Assembly: GCA_023213395.1 (NCBI GenBank)
Contig: CM041465.1
Location: 173,049,741 to 173,113,740 of the forward strand
DNA: 64,000 nt
Direction of reading: 5' to 3'
Origin: Cycas panzhihuaensis
Taxonomy: Eukaryota > Plantae > Cycadophyta
In this document: positions 35,586 through 47,246 of the stretch, piece by piece
How positions within the stretch are numbered: the first letter of the stretch is position 1
Layout: every line of letters starts with the position of its first letter
Made by a program: the position numbers and the translations under genes
The notes under the pieces: generated by a model
Seen by the model: the letters and a program-made list of their open reading frames with translations, nothing else
What the model was told of the DNA's origin: nothing
Database searches by the model: none

Positions 35586-38500
35586 TGTAATGAACCTGAA
35601 TCAAAAGAGAGAAATCCAATTGCATATGGTACCACAAGAGCCAAAATTACATATAAGAGTATAAAGCATTCGTAATCACATGTATCGATGGGCCTCTTCG
35701 ATGGGGCAACCTCCAATACATAAGATCACAATACTTCCAGATGATCCTCACTTCTACATTACATACATATATATAGGGCTATTAAGATTGCCCATCTCTT
35801 GGACTTATGAATGTGGGATAATTACAAGAATAGAAATATAAGATTTGGGAAGAATAGAGATAAGGGTTGGGTTCTTAAAAAGTTCCCCCCCTTTTGAAAA
35901 GCTTTGCCCTCAAAGCTTGACTAGTCCTGGATGCTCTTGAACAAATTGTTCACTTTCCCAAGTTGAATCATTGTGTGCCAACTAATTCCATTTGATGAGA
36001 TACCCTTTGATGTGTCAAGAGCGCAAACGCCTAACCCTTTCCTCCAAAATTCTTTCAGGTATCAGTTGAAGCCTCCCTTCATTATCCAATATTGGCAATT
36101 CTGTTTGTGCCTGCACTTGTTGTCCAATTACCCTTTTAAGACAAGATACATGGAAAACATTATGGATTTTAGTTGTTATGGGTAACTCCAAAGCATAAGC
36201 CACTTCCCCCACTCGTTTAAGGATTTTATAAGGCCCATAAAACCTTGGCTCCAACTTGCGTTTACCCTCTCTTTTAAGTGAAGTTTGCTTGTATGGTTGC
36301 AATCGCAAGTAAACCTAATCTCCTACTTGAAACTCTCGTTCACTTCTTCGTTTATCTGCTTGTTGTTTCATTCGGTTCTCAACCAAGTTAAGGCTTTCCT
36401 TCAATATCTTAAGTGTCTCAGTTGTTCGTTGTAGATGCTCCTCCACTGCTTGAACTCTAGAATTCTCTATGGCGTAGTTCTTAATAGATGGTGGTTCATA
36501 CCCATATAATGCCTCGAAGGGAGTTGTTTTTGTTGCCATATGATAAGTAGTATTATACCACCATTCTGCCATAGGAAGCCAATGATACCATTGATTTTGT
36601 TTATCTGACACGTAGCATTGAAGATATCCTTCTAAAAATTTGTTAACCACCTCTGTTTGTCCATCCGTTTGTGAGTGGTATGCTGTGCTCATTGTTAGCT
36701 TGGTACATAAAGCTTGGAAGAGTTCAGTCCAGAAAATGCTTGTGAACTTTGGGTCTTTGTCACTAACAATCTTCTTAAGCATTCCATGGAGCCGATGTAT
36801 CTCTTTTATGAAAATCTCGGCAATTTGTTTTGCCTTATAAGTGGACTGGATTCCACAAAAGCGAGCATACTTTGTTAACCTATCAACAACTACGAGGATG
36901 GCATCCCTCCCATCTGATTTTGGTAATCCTGTGATGAAGTCCATGGATATTTCTTCCCATCTTTGATTTGGTATAGGGAGTGGATGCAATAGACCAGGCA
37001 TCTTGCTCATTTCACCCTTTTGTCATTGGCACACTTCGCAAGCTGCAACCCATCTTTTAGTATCTTGCTTAAGCCCATTCCAATAGAAGGATTGCTTAAT
37101 CCGTTGGTAAGTCTTTAGGAATCTAGAATGGCCTGCTATTGGAGAGGCGTGTACATCATGCAATATCTTCTCCTTAATCTTGGAATCAGGACTAAGATAT
37201 ATTCAATTTTTGTACCACAGGATGTTTGCTACCCATGAAAAGCTTTTATGACTATCTTGATCAACCTGTAGATCCTGTATTAATTGCTTTATCTTGGTAT
37301 CCTTTTCCCACTCTTCCCTTGCCTCCTCGATCCATGAAGGGGTAACTGTTGTTAAAGCATATAATATAGAATCTCCTTCCTTTCGTGATAGGGCATCAAC
37401 TGCTATATTTTCCTTTTCATTTTTATATATGATTTCAAAATTAAAACCTTGCATTTTAGAGACCCATTTTTGTTGTTCCTCAGAAGCTACCCTTTGGTCT
37501 AGGAAATACTTCAAGCTTTCATGGTCTGTCTTTATTTTGAAATGGGTTCCGAGTAAATATTGGTGCCATTTTTGAATTGCTTGTAGGATTGCCACCATAT
37601 CTTTTTCATATGTAGACTTGACTAAGTCCCTAGACTTCAACTTTTGACTTTCAAAGGCTAAGGACCTCCCTTCTTGCATGAGGACTACTTCAATACCTTG
37701 TCCCGAGGCATCACATTCAATGATAAATGTTTTAGTGAAGTCAGGAGTTGCTAAAACTGGTGTGGTAGTAATGGATACCTTTAGGCTCTCAAAGGCTTCA
37801 ATAGCGGCATCTGTCCATATGAATGAATCCTTCTCTAATAATTGTGTCAAGGGTGCTACAATCTTGGCATATCCTTTAACAAATTTTCAGTAGTACCTTG
37901 TTAAACCCAGGAATCCACGTAGCCCTTTGATGTTTTTGGGCTGTGGCCAATTTAATATGGCTTCAATCTTCCTTGGATCGACCTTGACTCCCTCTTGTGA
38001 GATGATGTGCCCTAAGTACTCCACTTCATGCCTTCCAAAGTTACATTTTGATCTGTTTGCAAAGAGTTTATTGTCTTCTAATAATTGCAAAGCCTTATCA
38101 ACATGTTGAAGATGTTCTTCTTTTGTCCAGCTATACACTAAGATGTCGTCAAAGAACACCAAGACAAACTTCCTTAGATAAGGTCGAAAGATTTTATTCA
38201 TGAGCCCTTGGAATGTGGCTGGTGCATTGGCTAAGCCAAAAGGCATGAAGAGGAATTCATAGTGGCCTTCATGGGTGTGAAAAGTTGTTTTGTGAGCATC
38301 GGCAGCCTTGATTCTAATTTGGTGATATCCAGATTTAAAATCTATGGTGGTGAAAAGGGTTGATCCATTCAATTCATCTAACAATTCATCAATCACTGGT
38401 ATGGGGAATTTATCTTTAATAGTAATTTTATTTAATTCCCAATAATCTGCACACATACGAAAGAATCCATCCTTCTTTTTTACCAATATTACTGGTGCTG

Positions 38501-40841
38501 AAAATGTGCTTTTACTTTTCTTGATGGCCACGGCGTCAAGAAGTTCATGCACCAATTTTTCAATTTCATTCTTTTGCTAATAAAGATATCTATAAGGTTG
38601 GATACTAGGTGGATTGCTACCAGCAATGAGTTCAATGGCATGATCATGTTCCCTTTCTGGAGGAAGCCCCCTAGGAATGTCTTTGAAAACCATGCTATGT
38701 TTGACTAACACTACTTGCAATTCAGGTGTTAGGTTATTGTCCTTATGAAGATCTTCCTTTGCTACTAACTCATGCCCTTCTAATGCATAACATCTAGCTA
38801 TAAGTCCTGTTCCTCCTTTTCTTAGAAGCTTCTCCATCCTATGTGAATTGATGACCTCTGATGGAGGTGGGATAATTCCATTCAGTTGGTATTGTTGCCC
38901 TCTTGAGTTAAAACAAATGAATAATTCCTCCAAGTTAAGTTGAAAAGTACCTAATGCTTTTAGCCATTGTACTCCCAAAACCACATCGACTCCTCCCACT
39001 GGAATGGCATACATTGAGGAAGCCAATTGGTAATCTCCCATAGTCATTTTAATATTATGACATTTACCTCCACAGGCTAATGTACCACCATTGGCAACCA
39101 TAACTTGAAAATTTTTAATCAGATAAGGAAAACAATTTAATTCTTCTGCAAGTTTCCTATTTATAAAATTATGTGTGCTTCCTAAATCAATTAAGATGAC
39201 TACCCTTTTTTTCTTGATGTATCCTATAATCTCCAAGACCTGTGGAGCTGCAATCCCTGCTAAAGCATGGACAAATATTGTCGTTGTGTTCTTTTCTTCA
39301 ATGTCTAGTGGTTCAGGAGCAGTGTCATCTTCTACAATGGCTTCTTCTAGACCTTCTTTCTATGTATCCTCAATGATGAATAGTCGTCTTTTTGAACATT
39401 TATGATCTTTATTCCACTTCTCATTGCATCAAAAACAAATACCCATTAGCCTTTTCTCATCCATTTCTTTAGCTGTCATCCTTTGTGTTGTAGGAATGTA
39501 TGGGCTTCTTTTTTCTTCCACCATCTTATTATATATTCGGGTAGCCCTATTTTTAGCTTTGATTTGTCGAGCTGCTATGATTGCTTCTGTTAGGATACTC
39601 GGTCTCAACAAGCGCAATTCATATCGTATATCTTCTTTTAAACCCCCAATGTAGAGTTCAAGCAATTTTCATTACTGAGATCATCAATTAGGGTGGCCAA
39701 TTTTTGGTGTTCTGTAGTGCATTCTGATACTATTCTTTCTTGTTTTAGTTTAGCCAACTGACTAAAGTAGTCATCATCCCAAATATTGTCAAATTGCACT
39801 GAAAGATCCTCCAAAAGACTTTCCCACTTACGATATTCCTTCACACTTCTTCTTTATCCATTGGTACCACTGGAAGGGTTATGATTCCATATGTAAAGAA
39901 GCTAAGATGATTTTTTTATCGGATGGTACTCGGTGAAGACTAAAAAATTGTTCCATTTGGCTGACCCAAGTCCTCACATCGTTTCCATTAAATTTCCTAA
40001 TTTCCACTTTAGGGAGATAATTAGATCATAGCCCTCCTTAGTCATGGTGATCACCTTCACTCCCTATCTTATCCTTCCCCTTCCAAGATCCCTCGTTATA
40101 TTTTTGTAATCCCAATTGACTTGTAATCTTTTGAAGGGTTTCGCCAATTCTTCCAATTTCATCTTTAAACTTACCCATTCTTAAGTCCAATTGTTCTTAA
40201 AAGGTCCCCCTAATTACATTGACATATTCATTCCACGCTGGGTCATGTTTTGGGGCCATGGTTACAAGACCTGATCAAAGTTGAATGTTTGCTTTATAAA
40301 AGGTATCTAGAAAAAATGTATATGTAGCTAAAGTTATGGCTCTTTGAAGTTGAGGTTACAGATCTGTCCTAAAAATACGGTGACGGAAAAGAAGTAGGCC
40401 GAAATTAATTTTGCTGCAATTTTCACACTTTCACCCCAAAATCTATATTGCGGCCACTCAAAATTTACAGGACGAGTAATTTCGTCTCAAATTCACCCTC
40501 CAAAAACCCTTAATGGCACCTACCAAATCACTGCTATGATACCAATTGTAATGAACCTAAATCAAAAGAGAGAAATCCAATTGCATATAGTAACACAAGA
40601 GCCAAAATTACATATAAGAGTATAAAGCATTCGTAATCACATGTATCAATGGGCCTCTTCGAGGGGGCAACCTCCAATACATAAGATCACAATACTTCCA
40701 GATGATCCTCACTTCTACATTACATACATATATATAGGGCTATTAAGATTGCCCATCTCTTGGACTTATGAATGTGGGATAATTACAAGAATAGAAATAG
40801 AAGATTTGGGAAGAAGAGAGATAAGGGTTGGGTTCTTAACA
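35586..40841 (-). mobile_element. Element M: full-length Ty3/Gypsy chromovirus (Reina/Galadriel-like size), fairly young
   Basis: 295-bp LTRs at 35586-35880 and 40547-40841 with 8 mismatches (~97%). Perfect TSD TTCTT. PBS gctatgatacca at 40533-40544 and PPT at 35881-35892. Confidence 0.96.
35910..40259 (-). pseudogene. gag-pol: Gypsy gag-pol of M (Gag, PR, RT, RH, INT, chromodomain) with scattered stops
   Basis: PR 'VILIDLGSTHNFI', RT '[26 protein letters not shown]', RH 'IECDASG..KTDHESLK', INT 'ISMDFITGLP..QTDGQTE', GPY motif, and chromodomain 'YLIKWN..DSTWES'. Confidence 0.95.
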
Positions 40842-43800
40842 TTCTTGTGTATAGGCTAGAGTCAGAACTGCATCTCTAGAACCCATTTTGACATAGATGT
40901 TGATCCAATTTGGCATACCAAGCTCGAGGAGCTTGTTTCAACCCATACAAAGCCTTTTTTAATTTACATACTAGATGTTTATGTCCTTCTTTGACGTATT
41001 CTTTGGGTTGTGCCATGTAAAATTCCTCTTCCAACTCTCCATTCAAAAAGGCACTTTTTATATCTAGTTGAAAGATTTTCCAGTTATTCAAAGCTGTTAA
41101 AGCAATTATTGTTCTTACCGTATCCATTTTGGCCACAGGAGAACAAGTTTCTTCAAAGTCAACACCCGTTGTTTGAGTATATCCCTTTGCAACAAGACGA
41201 GTTTTGTATTTTTCCACTTTTCCACTAGCTCCTTCCTTGATTTTGTAGACCCATTTGCAATTGACCATCGGTTTATTTAGAGGTAGCTCTACCAATTCCA
41301 ATGTTTGATTTTTTATTGTTAAGTCCATTTCGGAATCCATTGCTAATCTCCACTTTGGTTGATTTTTGGCTTCTTGAAATGATTGTGGTTTGACTTTGCT
41401 CAGCAAAGCTTTTGGCATGTGGCTTCTAATTTTGTGCTCGAACACATCTCCTTTTCCTTCTTCAACTATTTTGATGAACCATTTTGGTAGCCTTTTTTCT
41501 TTTTTATCCATTGATTCTTCTGTTGGTTGCTCTGCAGATGAGCTTTCTCCTTCAGTTGTCTCTGTGTGAGTTGAAAAAAATTCTGTGAAAGGCATTTCTT
41601 CTGTAGTCATTTCTGAAGTTTCTTCTAATATAACTTCATATCCCGATTTCTTTACTTCACTTTTAATTATTTCTATCTATGACTACTTGCCTGAACTGTC
41701 TTCTTCATTAAAGAAGACATCTCTGCTTACATAGATCTTATTTGTTTTCGGACCTATCCATTTGTAGGCTCTTGAGTTTCTGCTATATCCTATCATAATA
41801 CATTCTATGCTTTTGCATCAAGTTTCTATCTCCTTTTGTCAGGTATATGAACAAAGGCCTGACTACCAAATATTTTGAGAGAGCTAACATTGGGTTTCTT
41901 ACCTAACCAGGCTTCTTCAGGAGTGACATTCTCCATGTTTTTGTCGCGCTCCAGTTTATTAGATAGCAAGCGATGCTTACAGCTTCTGCCCAATATGACT
42001 TGGGAACTTGTTTTGTGTACACCATGCTGCAAGCCATCTCCATTATAGTTCTATTTTTCCTTTCAGCCACCCTGTTTGATTGAGGTGTATAGGGAGTGGT
42101 GAATTGTCTGTGTATCCCATTCAACTTGCAGAAATTCAAGAACTCCTTTGAGATGTACTCACCACCTCCATTTGATCTAATACATTTTATTTTTGTTTCT
42201 GATTCCAATTCTACTCCTACTTTAAATTCTTTGAATGCTTCAAAAACTTCTGATTTATTATGAAGAAAATACACCCATACCTTATGAGTGAAGTCATTAA
42301 AGAAAGTGAGAAAATATCTGCAGCCATTGATTGAGAGTGGTAAGTGGTCCGCAAAGATCAATATGAATTAATTCCAGCTTGGTTTGTGCCCGCCATTCAT
42401 TTTCCATAAATGGAAGTCGATGTTGTTTACCAAATTGGCTGCCTTTACAAACAAAATTATCTAAGGAGATGTGAGGTAATCCATTCACCATGCCTGATTT
42501 TTCCATCATTTTTAAAGTATCTATAGGGAGATGCCCATACTTCAAATACCACATTTTATTATTAAAATTTGTAGCATTACAAGCTTTCATACCCAAATTG
42601 GGAAACACAGGATCTGACATTAGTTTGCATAGATCATTACACCTTATCCCTTTGGCTATTAGATTCCTTTTTCATATCTAGTATGTGACAATAACCTTCT
42701 TCATAAAAAACAGTCCTTAGTCTTTTCTTACTAAGTTGTGAAATAGATAAAAGGTTCATTTTTAAGGCAGGAACCAACAACACATTTCCAATTTTCTTTA
42801 CATTCCCTTGTAATTTGACAGCAATTGTACCTACCTCTTTTATGTCAAGTGGGTATTTATCTCCTAATTCAACTGATTTGTCGTTGTTGTAAGGTTTTAA
42901 TGTTTCAAACCAATCTTCACGATTTGTCATGTGTTGCAACGCACCTGAATCTATGTACCATGTGTCTCCTTTTAGTCCTATTGATAATGCGACAACGAAA
43001 GCTATCTCCTCTTCTTCCTCTTTAATTTTCTCTTTGTTGTAGTTGTCAACTGGATGTTTCCCTCTCTGAATGTCTGCTCTCCTTTACCGGCATTGATAGG
43101 GTCGGTGCCCTGATTGGCCACAATGAGAAAAAACATCAAATGCTTTGCAAGAACTAGCAAAATGTCCAAGCTTACCACAGTTGAAGCAGATTCTAGTATC
43201 TCTGCTACGTCCACACCCTCTATTGTCCTGCCAACGACTACATGCATCGCTTCTAGTGTTTGGAGTACGTCCTCTTCCTCGTGCCTAGCCTCGTCTCCGA
43301 GGTCGCAAATTAAGTCTGGATGCAAAGGCTTCCTCCAATTCTAAAGAGTCTTCATAATGTCTATTTCTTTGTTCTTGTCAAAATAATAAGCCAGTTAACC
43401 AATCAAAGGACATTGTATCTATTTGATTGTTATTTATTATAGAGTTAATGGTAACATCAAAAGACTTAAGTAACTTGCTTGCTACCATTACCTCCAATTC
43501 TTCCTCTATGATGGTATCTCCTACACTCAAAAGGTTATTTCTTAGTGAAATAACTTTGTGCATAGACTCAGTTACTATGTCACTTTCCTTCATGTGAAGT
43601 TTGTACAAATCTTCTTTCAAGGCGATTATTCTGGCTTTATTTTTTTGTCCAAAAAGATTTTCAAAATATTTCCAAATAACAGAAGAAGAGTTCAAATTCT
43701 ACACATATACCAAAAGTGGGTAAGAGATAGAGAGCTTCAAGGTGATTACTCCTAAGTTGTCTCTTTCTAACCAATCTGCCAAAGTGGAGCTAGTATCAGC

Positions 43801-43935
43801 TAGTTTGGCTTCAATGTCGTCGGCAATTTTCTAGCCATTTCTTGCCCTCAAAAGGGTTTCTACCTTTATTTTCCACATATGGTAGTTTGTCTCAATGAGT
43901 TTATCTTGATCAGGCAAGCCCAAGAAAGAAGCCAT
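40842..43935 (-). pseudogene. gag-pol: K gag-pol part 1 (Gag, PR, INT, RT N-half)
   Basis: ORFs 43378-43695 (Gag), 42637-42939 (PR region), 41903-42361 (INT) and 40876-41610 (RT '[27 protein letters not shown]'). Confidence 0.9.
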
Positions 43936-44949
43936 TGATGACAGCAGAAGATTATTCTACAATACGTTGATCGTATAATTGTACGGATTTATGTACAAAA
44001 CCCTAATTGTATGAAATGGTACAAAGTGTACCTCAAAAGAAAGGTCTTTTCAAGTTAATTTTAGATCTGTAATTAATTTTTAAAACCAGCCCTCCAAATT
44101 TTTGAAAAATCGCCTGAAAGGCAGAGAGGGGCAGATAGGGTTTTGAGGAGAAATGCTTCAAAAAATCAAATAACTCCACAAAAAAATTGAAAATGGGTTC
44201 TAACAGCTTCTTAATGAGGAAGCTCAACTTTTAAGATAGATTTTACCTGGAGAAATCTGAAATTTCTGAAGATTTTTGCAAAAATCCTCCTCAAACCCGT
44301 GCAAGTATAAAAGTAGTTGAACTCAAAAAGACCTCTAATGAAATTAGGCTAGAAGAGAAAAGTGATGCCCTAGGTGAGATCTTTCTTCCTTCCAATTTTT
44401 GTCTAATTCTGAACACTTTGAAAATTCTTGTTCATACAGCTACGTACTAGTCCATATACAGAGTTTTTTGCAGCAATATCTTCCTTTCAAACAGATTTTA
44501 GTCTTTCTTCTCTCTCCAGATACTCAGAGAATTTCAAAATGACCATCAGATATTGAACCCTCTCTTCTACAGATCAAAGGAGCAGTCAAACCTGCTCTGA
44601 TACCATGTTGAAATAAACAAGATAGCAATATGAAATGATGAAGATGACTTTAATTCTTTGGGAGACATAGTCTCTATAAATATACATCAGTTAATGTGAC
44701 TGTTACAACTTGAATTATCACTGATTTTATCAAAGAAGGGTGTGTAACATTACATCTTTATATTACTTAGCATGAAACATTATATCCTAACAACTCTATC
44801 TCCTTATTTTGAACCTTTTCTCTTATGAAATGGTGTTGAACCTCTATATGTTTTGTTCTGGCATGAAAAGCATGATTTTTGGTTGTCTTAATTGTGCTCT
44901 AGTTCTCACAATAGAGAGTAGTTGGAATATTCTGTTCTATATAGTTCAT

Positions 44950-46185
44950 ATAGTTCATCCAACAGATCATCTATTCAGGGAATTAGGTACTTTTTCTTAA
45001 TTATGAGCTTGTTGAGTCCTCAATAGTTAACATACATACGATGTGACCCATCTTTCTCCTAGCTTAATATAATTGGCAGTGCGAAGGGGCAAGAGTTGGG
45101 GATAATATACCCATGTTGCAAGAGCTCTTGCATAATTCGGTCATTCTCTTTCTTGAAGTAATATGGGTGCCAATATGGTCAGATGTTTAGGGGTGTTTCT
45201 CCTAGTGTTAACTTGATGTGGTGTTTGCATCCATGGCTGGGGGGTAACCCTTGGAGTGGTTCCTCAAAAACGTTGTTGTATTTGTCAATGAGGACTTGTA
45301 TTTCTGTTGGAACATCCTCTATCATAATCTTGTAACATGTCATCAGGTACGAAGTAGGGTTTTTTCTCAACAATTTCTCCATACAGTGTGACATCACCAA
45401 CTAAGTTGGTGGTGTAGATGGAGCCTACAATTTATATCTGTGCCCTTTTTGAAAAAACTCATGAAACGGGTCCTATAGTTGGTAATAATATTCCCTAGAT
45501 TTTGTAACCATTGAATTCCAAGGACCACGCCAACTCTTTCGATTGGCATGACGAACATGCGTGTAGTGGTGGAATAATTTGCTATTTGCAGGTGCACTTT
45601 TTGGCAATATCCTCTGCATGGTATAGTCTTCCTGTTAGCGATAGCAACCTAAAATACATTGAGTGGTTGAATTTGTAGACCCAATTTTTTTGTTGTTGGC
45701 TTATTGATGAAATTATGAGTGCTTCTTTTGCCCACTAGATTGATATTTTTACATTATTTATCATTCCTTGGAATCATAGCATTTGAGGGGTGTTGACTTC
45801 AACTATAATTGCTTGTAATGATATCTACACATTTTCGATGTCTGTCTTAAGTAGTTGTTCGATTTCTACTTCATCATTTTCAGGTTGCGACTTTTTTTCA
45901 AATTTGTCTAAGATATTCATGTCTTCGTTATTGATCATGAATACCTTCTTTACTAAGCACTTGTGGTCCCAGTTTCACTTCCCTCCACAATTAAAACAAG
46001 TTACTCTCTTAAGATGCTTGGCTTTGGAAAGTTTACTCTCTGTTATCCCTTCTTCCCTCTCTTTTGTAAGTGGGAGCTTATCTTTTGTACTTGAGTGATT
46101 CCAATTCGGTTGGGAAGCTTGACTCAGATATCTAGGGGGTTTGTTGTAATGGACATAAATCTATCTTCTTCTTGATATTCAACCT
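44950..46185 (-). pseudogene. Element L: internal fragment of an N-family Gypsy (Gag end, protease, RT start)
   Basis: 'KAKHLKRVTCFNCGGK..DHKC' mirrors N at 49350-49420. Also 'VVLGIQWLQNLG', 'VFEEPLQGLPPS' and 'IDDLLDEL'. No LTRs. Confidence 0.8.
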
Positions 46186-46187
46186 CC

Positions 46188-46890
46188 ATGTTTAATACAT
46201 ATTTACATACTTTAGTGTATGCATTCTCTCCCAAATTTTACAACATTGTTTTGATTATGGAAAGCAATGGCAAGGGGAAGGGACATGATAAGAACAAAGA
46301 GGTAAAGATTGGATAGAGAACCACCTTCAAGAAAATTTGTCCTAGTGAGGAACAAGCCCTTATATTACGAAGTCAATTTGAGCAACTTCCTAGCAGGAAG
46401 GATTCCTTTGGAGTTCCACAAGCATTAAGAGACAAAGCAAAGATGGATCCTACTGATTAGCTGAGCTATTATGGTTTACAAGATAAAAAAACTCCAAACA
46501 CTAGTCATGCATGTGCTTTTAGAGATGGCAAACTCTTCAATGGCTTAAAGGAATTCGAGCACCTATGGATTCTCTCATGCGGTTCAAAAGAACAAATTGG
46601 GATCAAAGAAGGCTGAAGATCCAATTCATATAGACACAAATCTTCACCTTCTATCTTGAGCAAAGACAGAGTGCACTAAGAGGGCTCCCCATTTAAGGGA
46701 TATGAATACCAAAGAGAGACAACTAGCTCAAAACTTAGCCTCTGGTAATTTCTCCATGGATCCACAAGTTTGACCACTAGAAGATCTCAATGATGATGAT
46801 GATCCTCCTCCTCCTTTTTCTTCTCATGATCCTTCACTGGATTACGATGATATATATGGTGTTGGCACCAATGTCAAGTTTAATGAGTGA
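46188..46890 (+). pseudogene. hAT-superfamily DNA transposase, C-terminal part including the dimerisation domain
   Basis: Manual translation through stops gives 'NTYLHTLVYAFSPKFY...ALRDKAKMDPTD*LSYYG..LQTLVMHVLLEMANSSMA*RNSSTYGFSHAVQKNKLGSKKAEDPIHIDTNLHLLS'. This matches the plant hAT pattern PLHxxAxxLNP..WW..LQxLAxxxLSQxxSSSxxERNWSTY..H..KRN.L...AEDLVYVHxNLRLLS. Confidence 0.85.
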
Positions 46891-47246
46891 AGAACGATAT
46901 TCTCATTGCATTGTATGAATATTGTATGATTTATGAATGTTAAGTAATGGATATTGAATCTTTACTTCAGATTTGTTGTAGGTCATTTCAGATGTTTTGT
47001 TTATATATTTATGATATTGTATATATATTTATTGGAAAGCCTAACTTGTCGTATCCCTATATTTTGGATTTTGAGAATTGCCATACTCGTATCTACTTTT
47101 GCTCCTACTTGCACATTTCTAGCCATTTAATCGACACCCAAGCAGCCACTCAAGTTATTTGTTGTAAGCAATTTTATTCTAGAATCTAAGCTCTTTTCTA
47201 ATGGCAAAATTTTTCCCAACCTTTTTTATTCCTTAGAAAAAGGGAA

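Larger units (their letters stand above)
34390..44792 (-). mobile_element. Element K: full-length decayed Ty1/Copia of the same lineage as B, with M inserted in its RT
   Basis: LTRs 34390-34613 and 44606-44792 (~92% identical plus a ~37-bp deletion in the 5' LTR). Perfect TSD ACTCT. PBS at 44594-44605 and PPT at 34614-34625. Proteins parallel B (LPKWFIKIVEEG vs LPKWYIKTVEEG; SDPVFPNL vs SNPVLPYL). Confidence 0.93.
34066..44970 (-). mobile_element. Element J: Copia 3' remnant (RNase H end and 3' LTR) split by K
   Basis: RH 'TTLYCEN..FHARTKHIEVQHHFIREKVQNKEIE' (44793-44960) joins 'LLNYTTNEQVVDIFTKPLSKDKF' (34280-34389). PPT ccctttctta at 34265 and LTR edge ttaaca at 34264. The left LTR boundary is approximate. 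Confidence 0.75.
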
